Assembly (NCBI GenBank): GCA_031459625.1
Contig: JAVKIH010000014.1
Location: 1 to 64,000 of the forward strand
DNA from: Candidatus Geohabitans tengchongensis
GTDB taxonomy: Bacteria; Sysuimicrobiota; Sysuimicrobiia; Sysuimicrobiales; Humicultoraceae
DNA length: 64,000 nucleotides
Direction of reading: 5' to 3'
Part shown: positions 1 to 9,356 of the stretch, in pieces
How positions within the stretch are numbered: position 1 is the first letter of the stretch
Layout of the letters: the number at the start of each line of letters is the position of its first letter
The notes under the pieces: model-generated
What the model saw: only the letters and a program-made list of their open reading frames with translations
The model's database searches: none
What the model was told of the DNA's origin: nothing
Program-made: the position numbers and the translations under genes

Positions 1-489
1 TTGGGGGGAGAGGATGGGGATCCGGGCCGCCGCCAGCTCGATCGCCAGCGGCACCCCGTCCAGCCGGACACAGATCTCCGCCACCGCCGCGGCGTTCTCC
101 GGAGCCAGGGCGAAGGCTGGCACCAGGGCGCGGGCGCGCTCCAGGAAGAGCGCCACGGCGGGGATACCCGCCAGCGTTTGCAGGTCCAACACCTCCCCCG
201 GCTCCGGCAGGCGGGGCACCGGCAGGGGTGGCACGGGGAAGTGGTGCTCCCAGGGCACGCGCAGCGCGATGCGGCTGGTCACGAGACAGGTCAGCCTCGC
301 GCAGGCCGCCAGCAGGGCGGCCAGGTGCGGGGCGGCGGCGACGACCTGTTCGAAGTTGTCCAGGAGCAGCAGGGCGGCTCGGTCCTGGAGGTGGTCGCTC
401 AGGGTGTCCAGCGGATCCAGACCAGGGAGGTCGCGCAGGCGCCCCTGCCGCCGACCGCCGTGCCTTGCGCATCTCCCTGCCCGCCCCAT
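1..489 (-). pseudogene. STAND/NB-ARC-like ATPase (COG3903-type regulator), 5'-eroded, runs off the window's left edge
   Basis: Manual minus-strand translation (absent from ORF track) gives LLLLDNFEQV (Walker B), LVTSR, ALFLERAR and ICVRLDGVPLAIELAAAR. There is no intact Walker A; only LTGPCPGQASLA lies in frame upstream. Confidence 0.7.
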
Positions 490-713
490 CCCGGCGAGGC
501 TCGCCTGGCCGGGACAGGGTCCGGTGAGAGGTTTCGGGCGCGCCCTCGGGTTCTCCCCCTGGACTCCCCACAGGCCAAACCAGGTGATCCTGCGCCCCGC
601 CTGCATCTCCCAGGCATGGGCGCATTGGCTGCAGGACTGGGAGGGCGGAGGAACCCGCTATTCCCGCCCGGTATGATGGAAGACGCGTCGGGGCGACGAG
701 GAGGGTAACCCTG

Positions 714-1115
714 GTGAGGGAGGAGGCACGGCGCTGGCTGTCACAGGGTGATGCGGATCTTGCCCATGCCCGGGCCAGCATCCGAACGGGCTTCTACTTT
801 GCGGCCGCCTTCGCGTGCCATCAGGCCGTGGAAAAGTGGCTGAAAGGGGCTGTCATCGAACTCCGGCGGACGCTGCCGCCCAAAACCCACAACCTGATCG
901 AACTGGGACGGGTGCTCGAGGTGCCCGAGGAGGTCATGAGCGACCTGCGCCTGCTCAACCCGGAGTATGCCACCTCGCGTTATCCGGACGCCGCCAACGG
1001 CGTCCCGGCCGAAAACTACGACGAGCGGCGGGCCACCATGCTGCTGGATGCCGCCGGGCGGGTACAGCGATGGGTCACCTCGGTATTGACCGGGGGCGGC
1101 TCGACGTCTTCCTGA
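714..1115 (+). CDS. HEPN domain protein
   Basis: WL.Q...DL..A, FACHQAVEKWLK, PKTHNL and SRYPD motifs; adjacent to an MNT gene. Confidence 0.9.
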   Translation: MREEARRWLSQGDADLAHARASIRTGFYFAAAFACHQAVEKWLKGAVIELRRTLPPKTHNLIELGRVLEVPEEVMSDLRLLNPEYATSRYPDAANGVPAENYDERRATMLLDAAGRVQRWVTSVLTGGGSTSS

Positions 1116-1396
1116 AGCGCGTCCAGGCCCGCTTCCCGCTCGAGCAGGCCATCCTGGTCGGCTCGCGTGCCCGCGGCGACGAGCTGATGGAGAGTGACTA
1201 CGACCTGATCCTGATCTCCTCCGCCTTCGAGGGGCTCCCCTGGCGCGATCGCATCGCCGCCGTGCTGGACCTGTGGGACCTGGAGGTGGACCTCCAGCCG
1301 CTGTGCTACACCCCCGGGGAATACGCGAGAAAGGTCGCGGAGCTCAGTACGGTCTCCGAAGCCGCTCGAGACGGGCTGGTGCTGGCCTCTCGCTGA
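1070..1396 (+). CDS. Minimal nucleotidyltransferase (MNT), HEPN-MNT partner
   Basis: GSRARGD...SDYDL motif; ATG at 1070 overlaps the HEPN 3' end. Confidence 0.88.
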   Translation: MGHLGIDRGRLDVFLKRVQARFPLEQAILVGSRARGDELMESDYDLILISSAFEGLPWRDRIAAVLDLWDLEVDLQPLCYTPGEYARKVAELSTVSEAARDGLVLASR

Positions 1397-1499
1397 TTCC
1401 TGTCGTCTCCGCCGGCTCCTGTCGCTGGCCGACTCCTCCCGTCGCCGGCAACCCTCGCCATCCGTCGACCGCCGTACGTCGATCGAACTCCGCCCCGGG

Positions 1500-1563
1500 A
1501 CGAGTTCACCCATTAGCGCGAGTCCACCGATCAGCACCGAGCGAGTTGACCGATCAGCGCCGA
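1500..1563. repeat. Imperfect 23-bp tandem repeat (2 good copies plus 1 degenerate)
   Basis: gcgagtccaccgatcagcaccga (1518-1540) vs gcgagttgaccgatcagcgccga (1541-1563), 20/23 identical. Confidence 0.65.
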
Positions 1564-1591
1564 CGGCGGGGCAACACCGGCGGGTGCGCGA

Positions 1592-2647
1592 TCAGCGCCG
1601 GCGCAGGAACGCGGGGATGTCCAGGTCGTCGATGACCTTGATCGGCTCCTTGAGCCGGACCGGCTCCTCCGGGGGCTGCTCGCCGTTGATCTTCGCCCCG
1701 TCGAACCCCGTGGCGATGACGGTGATGCGCACCTCGCCCTCGGCCTTGTCGTCGATTACCGCGCCGAAGATGATGTTGGCCTCGGGGTCGGCGGCCTCCT
1801 TGACGATCTGGGCCGCCTCGCTCACCTCCACCAGCCCCAGGTCGAGTCCGCCGGTGACGTTGATGAGGACGCCGCGCGCCCCGTTCATCGAGGTCTCCAG
1901 CAGCGGGCTGGCGATGGCCGCCTGCGCGGCCCGGATGGCCCGGTCCTCCCCGGTGGCGACGCCGATGCCGATGAGGGCCGAGCCGGCTTCGGTCATGATG
2001 GCCCGCACGTCGGCGAAGTCCAGGTTGATCAGCCCCGGGACGGTGATCAGGTCGGCGATCCCCTGGACGCCCTGGCGCAGGATATCGTCGGCTACCCGGA
2101 AGGCCTCGACGATGGTGGCCTGGCGGTCGATGATCTGCAGCAGCCGGTCGTTGGGGATGGTGATGAGAGTGTTCACCTTCCCCTTCAGGATGCGGGCGCC
2201 CTCCTCGGCCGCGGCCATGCGACGCCGCCCCTCGAAGGAGAAGGGCTTGGTGACCACGCCGATGACGAGCGCTCCCAGGTCGCGGGCGATCTCCGCCACG
2301 ATGGGCGCGCCGCCGGTCCCCGTGCCTCCGCCCATGCCGGCGGTGACGAAGACCATGTCGGCGCCCTCCAGGGTCTCGTAGAGCTCCTCCTTGCTCTCCT
2401 CGGCGGCCTGGCGGCCGACGGCCGGGTCGCCGCCGGCGCCCAGGCCCCGGGTGGTCTTGGCGCCGATGTGGATCTTCTTGTCGGCGTTGCTGAGGGCGAG
2501 CGCCTGCGCGTCGGTGTTGATGGCGATGAACTCCACCCCGCGCAGCCCCGCGTGGATCATGCGGTTGACGGCGTTGCTGCCGCCCCCGCCCACCCCGACG
2601 ACTTTGATGGCGGCGAACCGCCGCAGGTCCCGGTCGAGACTCGTCAT
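1592..2647 (-). CDS. ftsZ: Cell division protein FtsZ
   Basis: [18 protein letters not shown] tubulin signature, C-terminal [12 protein letters not shown]. Confidence 0.99.
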   Translation of the reverse strand: MTSLDRDLRRFAAIKVVGVGGGGSNAVNRMIHAGLRGVEFIAINTDAQALALSNADKKIHIGAKTTRGLGAGGDPAVGRQAAEESKEELYETLEGADMVFVTAGMGGGTGTGGAPIVAEIARDLGALVIGVVTKPFSFEGRRRMAAAEEGARILKGKVNTLITIPNDRLLQIIDRQATIVEAFRVADDILRQGVQGIADLITVPGLINLDFADVRAIMTEAGSALIGIGVATGEDRAIRAAQAAIASPLLETSMNGARGVLINVTGGLDLGLVEVSEAAQIVKEAADPEANIIFGAVIDDKAEGEVRITVIATGFDGAKINGEQPPEEPVRLKEPIKVIDDLDIPAFLRRR

Positions 2648-2684
2648 GCTCTGCCTCCGCCCCTCCTCACGTGGTGTCATGGCC

Positions 2685-3926
2685 TCACGTTCCCTGCAGG
2701 ACCGTCCGCACCCACCCGCGCACCCGCGCCATGGCGCCGCGCGCGCCGTTGCCGTGCCGCAGCGCCCGCAGGCCGCTGCGGTCCCGCGACCCGTACAGCA
2801 CCAGGCCCACCCCCGCGCTGGCCGCCGGGCTGCGCACCGCGTCCGTCACCCCGGTCACCCCCTCGGGGATGCCGGTGCGCGCCGGCAGCTCCAGCCGCTC
2901 GCTGGCGTAGGCAGCGAGCCCCTGGAGCAACGCCGTCCCCCCGGTGAGCACCACTCCCGCCGGCACCAGGTGGCCGTAGCCGCTGCGCCGCAGCTGTGCC
3001 CGCACCATCCCCATCATCTCGGCCAGCCGCGGCTCGATGATCTCGGCCAGGAAGCGCCGGGGCAGGATGCGCGGCTGGCGGTCGCCGATGTTGAAGACCT
3101 CGATCAGCTCCCCCTCGGCGGTCATCTGGGGGGTGGCCGCTCCGGCGCGCACCTTGAGCTTCTCCGCTTCCTCTAAGGGGGTGCGCAGGCCCACCGCGAT
3201 GTCGCTGGTCAGGTGGTGGCCGCCCACCGGGAGGATGGCGGTGTAGGCCAGGGCCCCCCCCACGAAGACGGCCAGGCTGGTAGTCCCGCCGCCGATGTCG
3301 GCCACCACCGCGCCGAGATCCCGCTCCGCCGGGGTGAGCACCGCCTCGGCCGAGGCCAGCGGCTCCAGGACCACCTCCTCCACCTCCAGCCCCGCCTCCT
3401 GGACGCACTTCACCAGGTTGGCCAGCATGGTGGAGAGCCCGGTGACGATGACGGCCTCCACCTCCAGCCGGGCGCCGTACATCCCCACCGGGTTGCGCAC
3501 GCCTTCGTGGCCGTCGACGACGAAGTCCCGCGGCAGCAGGTGGATGAGCTCGCGGTCGCTGGGAGGCAGGGCGTTCATCCGCGCCGCCTCGATCACGCGG
3601 GCGACGTCGGCGGGCTCGATCTCGTGGTCGCCGCGGGCCACGGCCACGACCCCGCGGCTGCGGGTCGAGGTGATGTGCTCGCCGGAGACGCTGACGAAAG
3701 CGGAAGGCACGCGCTGGCCGGCCATCCGCTCCGCGCGCTCGACCGCCTCCTCGATGGCGCGGACGGTGGCTTCCAGGTCGACGACGACGCCCTTGCGCAG
3801 GCCAGACGAGGGGGAGGTCCCCACCCCCACGATGTGGACCTCCCCGTCGTCATCCACCTCGCCTGCGACGGCGCAGACCTTGGTGGTGCCGATATCGAGA
3901 CCGACGACCAGGCCCTTCTTCGGCAC
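2685..3926 (-). CDS. ftsA: Cell division protein FtsA
   Basis: [21 protein letters not shown]; upstream of ftsZ. Confidence 0.98.
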   Translation of the reverse strand: MPKKGLVVGLDIGTTKVCAVAGEVDDDGEVHIVGVGTSPSSGLRKGVVVDLEATVRAIEEAVERAERMAGQRVPSAFVSVSGEHITSTRSRGVVAVARGDHEIEPADVARVIEAARMNALPPSDRELIHLLPRDFVVDGHEGVRNPVGMYGARLEVEAVIVTGLSTMLANLVKCVQEAGLEVEEVVLEPLASAEAVLTPAERDLGAVVADIGGGTTSLAVFVGGALAYTAILPVGGHHLTSDIAVGLRTPLEEAEKLKVRAGAATPQMTAEGELIEVFNIGDRQPRILPRRFLAEIIEPRLAEMMGMVRAQLRRSGYGHLVPAGVVLTGGTALLQGLAAYASERLELPARTGIPEGVTGVTDAVRSPAASAGVGLVLYGSRDRSGLRALRHGNGARGAMARVRGWVRTVLQGT

Positions 3927-4214
3927 AGGTGCGACTCCAGGTGCGACGGTAGGTACGTTGGTCCGGCGGTCCGCCGGACGGGCGCGTCGACCTCAGGAGC
4001 CGCGGGCCGCTCCACCGGAAGCCCCGCGGCGTCCCCGCTTCACCGCGCTATTCCACGCCTGGTGGGCTTCTCCTCCTGTCCGCCCGGCTGCGGGCGAAAG
4101 CCGGGCTCAACTGCTCGCAGATCCCCTGCGCCTCCGCGCGCGCCCTGACCGCGGCCTCCCTGGCCTGCGCGGAGCCGACGGGCCGCCAGGCGGCCGCGAG
4201 CGCCTCGATGGTGA

Positions 4215-4448
4215 GGGCTTCCTCGAGCCGGTGAGCGCCACGTCGTCCATGACCCGGGTCGTCCACCTTACGTCGTGCTCAGCCACCCGCACCTGCACGC
4301 CTACGCACGGCTGAGCCCCGAGGAGGCCGCCCTGTGGGACCTCATGGACGGCTCGCGGAGCGTCCGCGACCTGATCCTGGCGCACTTCGCCCAGACCGGG
4401 ACCCTGGCGCTGGGACTGGTGGCCGGATTGGTCGCCCACCTCCACTAG
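4215..4448 (+). pseudogene. Startless fragment resembling a PqqD/RRE-like winged-helix domain
   Basis: Manual translation: PYVVLSHPHLHAYARLSPEEAALWDLMDGSRSVRDLILAHFAQTGTLALGLVAGLVAHLH*; in-frame stop at 4212-4214 and no clear start. Confidence 0.5.
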
Positions 4449-4654
4449 TCACTCGAGTCGCACAGGCGGAGGAACTCCTCCAGCGTGGGGCCGAAGCCGG
4501 TGAGAATCTCGTATTCGGGGGGCCACCGCTCGCGAAGCTCGAGGTAGCGCTGGGTCAGGAGGTCGGCGGACCGCTTCGGCGACACGCTGGCGTGCTCCTC
4601 CTGGTGGACGATCTCGCGCGTGTCCTTGTGCCGGACGACGACCCAGTCGCTCAT
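4445..4654 (-). CDS. Small hypothetical protein (69 aa)
   Basis: Protein-like composition; ATGA-coupled to the upstream 47-aa ORF. Confidence 0.65.
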   Translation of the reverse strand: MSDWVVVRHKDTREIVHQEEHASVSPKRSADLLTQRYLELRERWPPEYEILTGFGPTLEEFLRLCDSSD

Positions 4655-4794
4655 GGGGCGCGCGCGAGCGGCACCGGCTCCGCCGACGCGGGCCCCCGCG
4701 GCACGCGCAGGCGGATCAGCTTGCCGCGGTGCCCGGGCGGCAGCGCATCAACCCACGTGCTCTTGCCCGCGCGGCGGTCGGTGTAGTCGGTCAT
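4651..4794 (-). CDS. Small hypothetical protein (47 aa, MTDYTDRRAGKSTWVDALP...)
   Basis: GGAGG immediately before ATG; stop overlaps next start. Confidence 0.5.
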   Translation of the reverse strand: MTDYTDRRAGKSTWVDALPPGHRGKLIRLRVPRGPASAEPVPLARAP

Positions 4795-4916
4795 GTCCTC
4801 CGTGCCGATCTGCAGGACGCCCCGCACCGCCTCCCAGCCCGCGGCGGCTCCCAGGGTCTCTGCCTTGGCCCGATTGAGGGGCGTCTGGCCGGGCGGCGGC
4901 CTGGTCCGGTGCAGGA

Positions 4917-5648
4917 TTACTGCGCCGGTCCGGACCGGCGGGGGCCCAGGATGACCGTGTCCGGGACGCGCAGGTCGACGTAGGCCAGCACCAGCCCTTC
5001 CGCGCGCACACGCTGCAGCACCTCGGGGGCCACTGCCAGGCGTTCTTCCACGCCCGCCACCGGCCCCGCCCGGATCTCCACCCCGTCGAGCGTGTAGAGC
5101 ACCACCTCCCGCGTGGCCGTCACCTGCAGGTGGGCGACGCGCCCCCGCAGGGGCGCCGGGAGGAGCGGGAGGACCCTGACCGCCTCGCGGGCGGCCGCCG
5201 AGGGCACGACGTGCCCGGGCGCCGCCCAGGCCAGACGCTCGCCCCGCCCGGAGACCAGCGGCAGCGCCGGGCGGGCGGGCGTGACCTCGATCACCACCGC
5301 GCCGCCATCGATTACCGCGTACCCGGCCTGGAGCGGCACGGCGGCGGCGGGCACCCGCTCGGCCACCTCGATGACGATCGCGTCCGGGGGGCGCGGCCGC
5401 ACCCGGGCGGCGGCGATGCGCGGGTGGCGGGCCAGCCGCTCCTCCACCTCGCCGGCCGGGACGCGGAAGAGAGAGACCGTCCCCGGCTCGAGCCCGGAGG
5501 CCTCCACCACCTCCCCGGGAGAGAGGCTGTGCGCGCCCTCCACGATCACTGTTTCCAGGGTGAAGAGGGCCGACCCCGGCAGGCTCAGCGCGGCCAGGAG
5601 TGCGCACATGACGAGGGCGAAGCGGGCCGCGGTCAGCCAGGAGCTCAC
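4917..5648 (-). CDS. ftsQ: Cell division protein FtsQ/DivIB
   Basis: N-terminal TM, POTRA-like region, IEVAER, C-terminal YVDLR; dcw position. Confidence 0.9.
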   Translation of the reverse strand: MSSWLTAARFALVMCALLAALSLPGSALFTLETVIVEGAHSLSPGEVVEASGLEPGTVSLFRVPAGEVEERLARHPRIAAARVRPRPPDAIVIEVAERVPAAAVPLQAGYAVIDGGAVVIEVTPARPALPLVSGRGERLAWAAPGHVVPSAAAREAVRVLPLLPAPLRGRVAHLQVTATREVVLYTLDGVEIRAGPVAGVEERLAVAPEVLQRVRAEGLVLAYVDLRVPDTVILGPRRSGPAQ

Positions 5649-6715
5649 GGGGACACCACCGGCCCTCCACCCGGCACGAGTCCCGGCTCGTGCGGCCCGG
5701 GTCCGGGCGCGACCGGCGCGCCGGTCGCGCCCGGTGCGCCCGCGTCGAAGTCGCCCAGCAACTTCACCTCCAGCTCCAGCTCTCGCCCGAACCGCTCCCG
5801 CACGCGCGTGCGCACCTGCTCGACCAGCGCCAGCACGTCAGCGGCCCGGGCGGCGCCGCGGTTCACGATGTAGTTGGCGTGGATCTCGGAGACCACGGCG
5901 TCCCCCACGCTCAGCCCCTTGAGCCCCGCCGCGTCGATGAGGCGGCCGGCGTGGTCCCCCTCGGGGTTGCGGAAGATGCACCCACTACTCGGCGGCCCGA
6001 TGGGCTGCGTGGCGTTGCGCTGGGCCAGCCAGGCGTCCAGGCGGGCGCGCACCTCGCGCGGGTCCGCGGGGCGCAGGCGCAGCGTCGCCTCCACCACCAC
6101 GGCCGGACGCTGCTGCAGCACGGAGGTGCGGTAGGCGAACCCCAGGGCGGCCCGGGTGAGCACCTCCTCGCCCGCGGGCGTCACCACGCGCGCGGCGTCG
6201 AGCACCTCGGCCAGCTGGTGGCCGTGGGCCCCCGCGTTCATCACCACGCCCCCGCCCACCGACCCGGGGATCCCCGCCGCGAACTCCAATCCGGCCAGCC
6301 CGCGCCGCGCCGCCTCCTGCGCCAGCCGCGGCAGGCCGTAGCCCGCCTCGACGGTGACCGCCTCCCCGTCCCAGCGCACGCGGTCCACGCCCTTCCCCAC
6401 CTTGACCACGACGCCGCGGATGCCCCCATCCGCGATGAGGACGTTCGAGCCCTGTCCCAGGACGACGAAGGGGACGCCCTCGCCGAAGAGGACCCGGGCG
6501 GCGGCGCGCAGCTCGTCGGCGGAGTGGGGGACGACCAGGACGTCGGCGGGGCCGCCCACGCGCAGCGTGACGTGGCGCCACAGCGGTTCGTGCAGGCGGA
6601 TGTCGCGCACGTGGCGGCGCAGCGCCTCGACCACGGCCTCGAGCGCCCGCGGCTCGGGGTCCTGACCGGGTGGGTGGGCCGCGCGGGGCTGGGGGGCGCG
6701 GCGGGTCCGGCTCAT
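5645..6715 (-). CDS. murB: UDP-N-acetylmuramate dehydrogenase
   Basis: VGGPAD, LGQGSNVL, GIPGSVGG, MNAGAHG, GCIFRNP, HANYIVN, ELEV. Confidence 0.97.
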   Translation of the reverse strand: MSRTRRAPQPRAAHPPGQDPEPRALEAVVEALRRHVRDIRLHEPLWRHVTLRVGGPADVLVVPHSADELRAAARVLFGEGVPFVVLGQGSNVLIADGGIRGVVVKVGKGVDRVRWDGEAVTVEAGYGLPRLAQEAARRGLAGLEFAAGIPGSVGGGVVMNAGAHGHQLAEVLDAARVVTPAGEEVLTRAALGFAYRTSVLQQRPAVVVEATLRLRPADPREVRARLDAWLAQRNATQPIGPPSSGCIFRNPEGDHAGRLIDAAGLKGLSVGDAVVSEIHANYIVNRGAARAADVLALVEQVRTRVRERFGRELELEVKLLGDFDAGAPGATGAPVAPGPGPHEPGLVPGGGPVVSP

Positions 6716-8190
6716 GCCCCCGCCACCGGTCCGGGCTCGGGGGAGACGGCCGCGTGCCCCCGCCGCGTCGAGGACGGCGCGGCCGCCGGCCCCGCCGTCG
6801 GTCCGCCCTCCCGGGCGCGCAGCCGCGCCACGATCGCCTCGGCGGCCTGCCAGATGTCCCCCGCGCCCAGCGTGAGGACGAGGTCGCCGGGACGGGCCAG
6901 CGCCACGACCCGCTCCACCGCGTCGGCCACCGCCGGGTAGTACTCCACCGACCGGTGGGCGCGGATGGCGTCCACGATCAGCCGCGCCGTCACGCCCGGC
7001 AGCGGCGCCTCGTCCGCCGGGTAGATCTCCGTCACCACCACCTCGTCGGCGTCGGCGAAGGCCTGGGCGAACTGGGCGTGGGTGGTCAGCGTGCGCGAGT
7101 AGCGGTGGGGCTGGAAGAGGACGAGGATGCGCCGCTGCGGCCACGACTCGCGCGCCGCCCGCAGCACCGTCGCCACCTTCACCGGGTTGTGGGCGTAGTC
7201 GTCCACGACGAGCGTGCCGGCGACCTCCCCCCGGGCCTCGAAGCGCCGGGCCACGCCGGCGAACGCGCCCAGCGCCCGCGCGGCCACGGCGAAGGGGACG
7301 TCCAGCTGCAGCCCCACGGCCACGGCGGCCAGCGCATTGCTCAGGTTGTGCCGGCCGGGGAGGCGCAGCGCCAACACACCCAGCCGCCGCCGTCCGCGCC
7401 GCACCACCGCGCGCACGCGCGCGCCCTCCAGGTCCTGCACCTCGGCGATGACGTCGGCCGGTGCTGCCAGCCCGTAGGTGAGCACCGGCACCGGGGCGGC
7501 GTCGGCCAGCCCGCGCACGGTGGGGTGGTCGGCGCACAGCAGCACGAAGCCTCCGGGCCGCACCGCGCCCAGGAAGCGGCGGAAGGTCTCCACCAGGTGC
7601 CCCGGGGTGGCGTAGAAGTCGGCGTGGTCGGTCAGGTCGAGGCTGGTGACCACCGCGGCCCAGGGCGCCACGTAGAGGAGCGAGCCGTCGCTCTCGTCCA
7701 CCTCGGCCACGGTCACCTCCGGCCGGCCCACCCGCACGTTCCCGCCCAGCGCCGGCACGTCCGCCCCGACGAGCGCGGTGGGGTCGAGGCCCCCCGCGTC
7801 CAGGACGGCGGTGACCATCGCCGTCGTGGTGGTCTTGCCGTGCGTCCCCACCACCGCCACCGCCCGCCCCTCGCCCATGACCTGGCCCAGCAGCGCGGCG
7901 CGGTGGCGCACGGGGACGCCGCGCGCCTGGGCGGCGCGGATCTCCGGCGTGTGCTCGCGGACCGCGCGGGAAACCACCAGCACGTCCACGCCCTCCAGGT
8001 GGCCCGGATCGTGTCCGTGCCACACCTGTGCGCCGAGCCGGCGGAGGCGCGCTGTGGCCGGGGACTCGCGGATGTCGCACCCCGAGACGCCTGCCCCCCG
8101 GGCCAGCAGGAGGTGGGCGAGCGCACTCATGCCCGCACCGCCCACCCCGACGAAGTGGAGGTGTGGCTGTGCCGGCGCGGCGGTCGTCAC
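6712..8190 (-). CDS. murC: UDP-N-acetylmuramate--L-alanine ligase
   Basis: HFVGVGGAGMS, GTHGKTTT, EVDESD, DDYAHNP, FQPHRYSRT. Confidence 0.98.
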   Translation of the reverse strand: MTTAAPAQPHLHFVGVGGAGMSALAHLLLARGAGVSGCDIRESPATARLRRLGAQVWHGHDPGHLEGVDVLVVSRAVREHTPEIRAAQARGVPVRHRAALLGQVMGEGRAVAVVGTHGKTTTTAMVTAVLDAGGLDPTALVGADVPALGGNVRVGRPEVTVAEVDESDGSLLYVAPWAAVVTSLDLTDHADFYATPGHLVETFRRFLGAVRPGGFVLLCADHPTVRGLADAAPVPVLTYGLAAPADVIAEVQDLEGARVRAVVRRGRRRLGVLALRLPGRHNLSNALAAVAVGLQLDVPFAVAARALGAFAGVARRFEARGEVAGTLVVDDYAHNPVKVATVLRAARESWPQRRILVLFQPHRYSRTLTTHAQFAQAFADADEVVVTEIYPADEAPLPGVTARLIVDAIRAHRSVEYYPAVADAVERVVALARPGDLVLTLGAGDIWQAAEAIVARLRAREGGPTAGPAAAPSSTRRGHAAVSPEPGPVAGA

Positions 8191-9353
8191 CGTGCCGCAC
8201 CCCCATGGCGGCGCAGCCGGGCGCCTGCGGTCGGCAGGACGACACTGCGGCGCACCTCCAGCCCCGCCGCCTGCAGCAGCAGGTCCACGACCCGCTCCGC
8301 GGCGTCCGGTCGCCCCAGCCGGCGGCTGGCCTCGCCCATGGCCCGGCGGCGCTCCGGGTCCTGCAGCAGCGCCCGCAGGCGCTCCGCCAGGCGGGCAGGG
8401 GTCAGGTCGCCCTCACGGTACACCTCAGCGGCCCCGGCCTGCGCCAGCACCCGCGCGTTGGCCTCCTGTTCCCCGGCCAGCGCATGGGGATAGGGGATCA
8501 GCACGGCGGGCAGCCCCCACGCCGTCACCTCGGCGAGGGTGGAGGCGCCGGAGCGGCAGACCACCAGGTCGGCGGCGGCGTAGGCGTCCCCGATGGCGTC
8601 GATGTAGGGCACGGCCACGTGGCGCAGGACGGCCTGCGGCCCGCGCCGCGCCACCTCGCCCTGCACCCAGGCCAGGTGGTCGGGCCCGGTCTGGTGGAGG
8701 ACCTGGATCGGGAGCGCGGCCAGGGGGGTCAGGGCCTCCGACACCAGCCGGTTCAGGCCCGCCGCCCCCTGGCTGCCGCCCAGGACCAGCACAGTGGGGC
8801 GCTCCGGCACCAGCCCGTACGCTGCGGCGGCGCGGGCGCGGTCCCCGCTCAGCGCCCCGCTGCGCACGGGGACGCCGGTGACCACCACCCGGCCGGGTGG
8901 AAATCCCTCGCCCACGCCCAACGGCGCCGACACCGCCCTGGCCCACCGGGCCAGCAGCCGGTTGGTCAGGCCCGGGACGACGTTCTGCTCCTGGACGACC
9001 AGGGGGATCCCCAGCAGGCGGGCCGCCAGCCCCACCGGCCCGGCCACGTACCCACCGGTGGCCAGCACCGCCTGCGGGCGGAAGGCGCGCAGGCGCCGCG
9101 CCGCCACCGCCGCACCCCACAGCGTCACCGCCAGGGCCGCGGCCGCCGACGGCTGCGCACGACGGGGCAGCGGGCGCGCGGGGATCACCTCCAGCGGCCA
9201 CCCGAGTGCGGGGAGGACCTGGCGCTCCAGCCGGTCGCCGGCGAAGAAGCGCACGTGCGCGTCGGGGAAGCGCGTGAGCAGCGCCTCCGCCACCGCGATC
9301 CCCGGGTAGAGGTGGCCGCCGGTCCCGCCGCCGGTGATGGCCAGCCGCCGCAT
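8187..9353 (-). CDS. murG: Undecaprenyldiphospho-muramoylpentapeptide GlcNAc transferase
   Basis: GGGTGGHLYP, GGYV, QEQN, GGSQGA, RSGASTLAE, Q..NA. Confidence 0.98.
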   Translation of the reverse strand: MRRLAITGGGTGGHLYPGIAVAEALLTRFPDAHVRFFAGDRLERQVLPALGWPLEVIPARPLPRRAQPSAAAALAVTLWGAAVAARRLRAFRPQAVLATGGYVAGPVGLAARLLGIPLVVQEQNVVPGLTNRLLARWARAVSAPLGVGEGFPPGRVVVTGVPVRSGALSGDRARAAAAYGLVPERPTVLVLGGSQGAAGLNRLVSEALTPLAALPIQVLHQTGPDHLAWVQGEVARRGPQAVLRHVAVPYIDAIGDAYAAADLVVCRSGASTLAEVTAWGLPAVLIPYPHALAGEQEANARVLAQAGAAEVYREGDLTPARLAERLRALLQDPERRRAMGEASRRLGRPDAAERVVDLLLQAAGLEVRRSVVLPTAGARLRRHGGAAR

Positions 9354-9356
9354 CGG

